Shown here piece by piece: positions 61,593-64,000 of a stretch of DNA of 64,000 bases. Location of the stretch: the NCBI RefSeq assembly GCF_964355755.1, contig NC_092674.1, forward strand, positions 3,906,001 through 3,970,000. Reading direction: 5' to 3'. The notes under the pieces were generated by a model. That model was not told the DNA's origin and did no database searches. It saw nothing but the letters and a program-made list of their open reading frames with translations. A program made the translations under genes and the position numbers. The DNA is from Antedon mediterranea (taxonomy: Eukaryota; Animalia; Echinodermata). How positions within the stretch are numbered: position 1 is the stretch's first letter; each line of letters begins with the position of its first letter.

Positions 61593-64000
61593 GCATATAA
61601 CCATATAACTACATAACGCTGTGGTGTGTGTCACACATTGTGGCTTCTTAATTAAACAAATTAATTAACAAAAAATTAAAAATCCGGCTCTATAGCTTTG
61701 AGGACATGTCCCTGTAGTATGTTCATGCCAAATCCCAGCTCAATACTATAACGAATAAGGGAGGAGTAGTACTTTAAAAATCGCACTTTTTACTCAATAG
61801 TGTCCAGATGGAGGAAGAGAAGGAGAAAATGAGTAAGTACTAGACTCGGGTACCCCGAGTAAAAAAAATTGTCTTAGGTAAATTTTACTTTGCACATGCG
61901 CAAAATTAAACTCTAGAGGGCAGCAAATTAAAAATTCTTGCTTACGCATGCGTATTAGCTTTTTTCTCTTAGCGATGGCGGCGCTATAACATTATATCTC
62001 CGTATTTTCACTCCCAACAAGAGAGGGCGCATTCTGGCTACTATTGTTTTTATTACTTGAAATAGAGAAAGAGCACAACAGTCGGAAATACATACGAAAA
62101 TCATTCGCTCTAAACTTAAATCAAATCAACATTTATTTATTTTTATGACAGCGACCCTTGGCAGCCGATACAGTTTTCTAAAAGCTAGTCAATTGGGTCG
62201 TACCTATCCCGAAAATATTAGTTTTGCTCGTCCAATTTCTAGGCCATCTTTATGAAGATCGATATCATTATTTTAGCGTCCGTAGTACAGCGTAAAACGC
62301 ACTAGCGTAGCCTTTCCGAATGTTCAATGTTCCGGCCTAGCGCGCTCGCGTTGTCAAAAAAGAATGTTTCTGTTGCAGAAATGAGATAAGACGAAATTTT
62401 TCATCTTAAGGCAGGGTGTTGTTCGTCTTAGATTTAAGACAAAATTAAGCAAATTTTTTTGCTTAGATATATTGATAAATCTGACTTAGGCAAAATCAAG
62501 GATTTAAGGCAAAGTTAAGACGATTTTTTTGCTAAGCAAGTTTGATAAATCCGGCCCCTGGAGTCTTTCGGCAACCCTCTTCTATAGTCCCGCGACCGCC
62601 CCTGATAGCTCTATCTGTGTTTATTTACAGCAATTTGTTGAGGAAACTAAATATATCAATGTAAATAGGTGGTATTGATACAGTTGAGTAGGCCTACGTA
62701 TCGGCTGGTGGTCTAGACAAAAATAATCGAATGCCATAGGCCTAATGTAAACTACAGTACATGATACCATAGATATTATAGTGTAATATATTAAATTCAC
62801 TATAATCCTCTATGATGATGATACACTATACTTCATAGCCACACATAAATATTGTAGGTAACCGCAGCGTTCCATTTTTTGATGTACGTCGGAAGGCTAT
62901 ATACTTTATGCATGCTGACTGCCAGTGATCGAAACAATAGGTACGCGGTTGTATAGCGGTGTTCTTTGTACGATTCGTTCGTGGCCAAGCTCGCGTCAAT
63001 ATCATGTTACATCCTGGGACCAAAAATTCGTATTATTTTTCAGGTGAAAATCGGCAACCGCTGTAAAGGGGGGTTCGCCCGAACCATAAAAACCCCCCCT
63101 GGCTACGGGCCTGATTATGGCTAAATCAACGACCCGTGTGACGGGGGTTTACCACGATCACAGTGTGTAGTGGCACTTCTCACGCACACAAGCAATCCAA
63201 ACAGACGGTCAACAAACACAACAAAAACGCTAGTTTTCCAACCCTGAACTTCTATAACGTTAATGATTAATATAAATATATGCTGAAATGGGATCTAAAT
63301 TTTAATTTAGTGGCAGAAAAATTTAGTATGAAATTAAAGGTGTTGCCCGGGCAACTGGGGAAACACCCCTGCGTCCGCCCCTACTGTATAGTCAAGTGCC
63401 TATGAAAATTATCCCGTTTAGCCTACATTTTATTAAAACGTATTACTATTAAAATATTAACAATGCTGCAGCATTTCATGACCCTTGTTGTTTTATTTGC
63501 TTTCCCGTCGATGATTCTCATAAACAAATCGCGATGACAAAAGAGGTGTTTTGTTTTTTTCAAATCATTAAATATAATGTAATGATGATCGAGCCGGACC
63601 GCTAATTTTTAAACGATCGTTTAAACACCCAGGTCGTTGAATATACCGTGATTTTAATTGTCAAAAACATGATGTCAGTCGATGGCTCGGAGTTTCGATA
63701 AATCTCGCGTCGCATGTGTTGCGTGGTGGTGGAAAACACTCTCAGCAAGTTTGCTTCATTAATATGAGACTCTGTGACGACCCGCTTTAACGTGACGTCA
63801 TTTTACTTTAAGGCTGGTTTCCTGTCGACGTAAGAAGTCGAATTTTGCAACGATTCTTGCGTTTCATACGTTTCTTACGTCTCTTACGAAAGTTGAGAAA
63901 AAATTGACGTCGTTGACGTTAGTCAAGACCGTGTCGGGCCGCAGAAAAACATCTGTAGTTATGCTGCTCCCGAAAGTTGAAATTTTAGCTGTGAAACACA

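Larger units (their letters stand above)
61043..62557. mobile_element. Old Harbinger-like element containing two tRNA-Val copies
   Basis: Degenerate TIRs GGTTGGCATTTATCAATATTTGCTTA / TAAGCAAGTTTGATAAATCCGGCCC, CTG on both flanks; splits the right arm of 57791-62604. Confidence 0.55.
57791..62604. mobile_element. Foldback-like non-autonomous DNA element with long modular inverted repeats
   Basis: Termini CAGGGGCGGTCGCAGGACTAT / ATAGTCCCGCGACCGCCCCTG; ~57812-57903 is inverted at ~60948-61029 and ~58060-58290 at ~59885-60090. The TSD is not clean. Confidence 0.65.

Overview
AT-rich, intron-containing animal genomic DNA; an invertebrate deuterostome such as an echinoderm is a guess from repeat content only. 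The host content is a minus-strand tandem cluster of multi-exon genes built from divergent tandem death-effector-domain (DED) exons. Copy C (25662-27424) splices into an intact ~394-aa protein with four DEDs and a C-terminal polybasic NLS-like tail. Copy A (4464-6233) has a +5 frameshift in its last exon and would encode a ~256-aa two-DED product. Copy B (10135-11756) is a chimeric pseudogene, and a lone DED relic lies at 15617-15907. The more divergent copy D (29222-34252) has four DEDs followed by a TRADD-N-like domain and may splice through into copy C. No caspase, death, CARD, NACHT or TIR domain is visible in the window. The rest is mostly transposons: the 3' half of a near-intact Ty3/Gypsy element (1-2780) and a 15.6-kb Gypsy element (34507-50069) holding at least eight nested insertions, probably inside intron 1 of gene D. 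Also present are LINE fragments, Kolobok, Harbinger, Mutator-like and Helentron-type non-autonomous elements, Penelope-type termini with a degenerate hammerhead ribozyme, tRNA-derived repeats, and many 23-53 bp palindromes with 7-bp TSDs that look like P/Galileo excision footprints. Domain calls come from motif recognition by eye, not from HMM searches.
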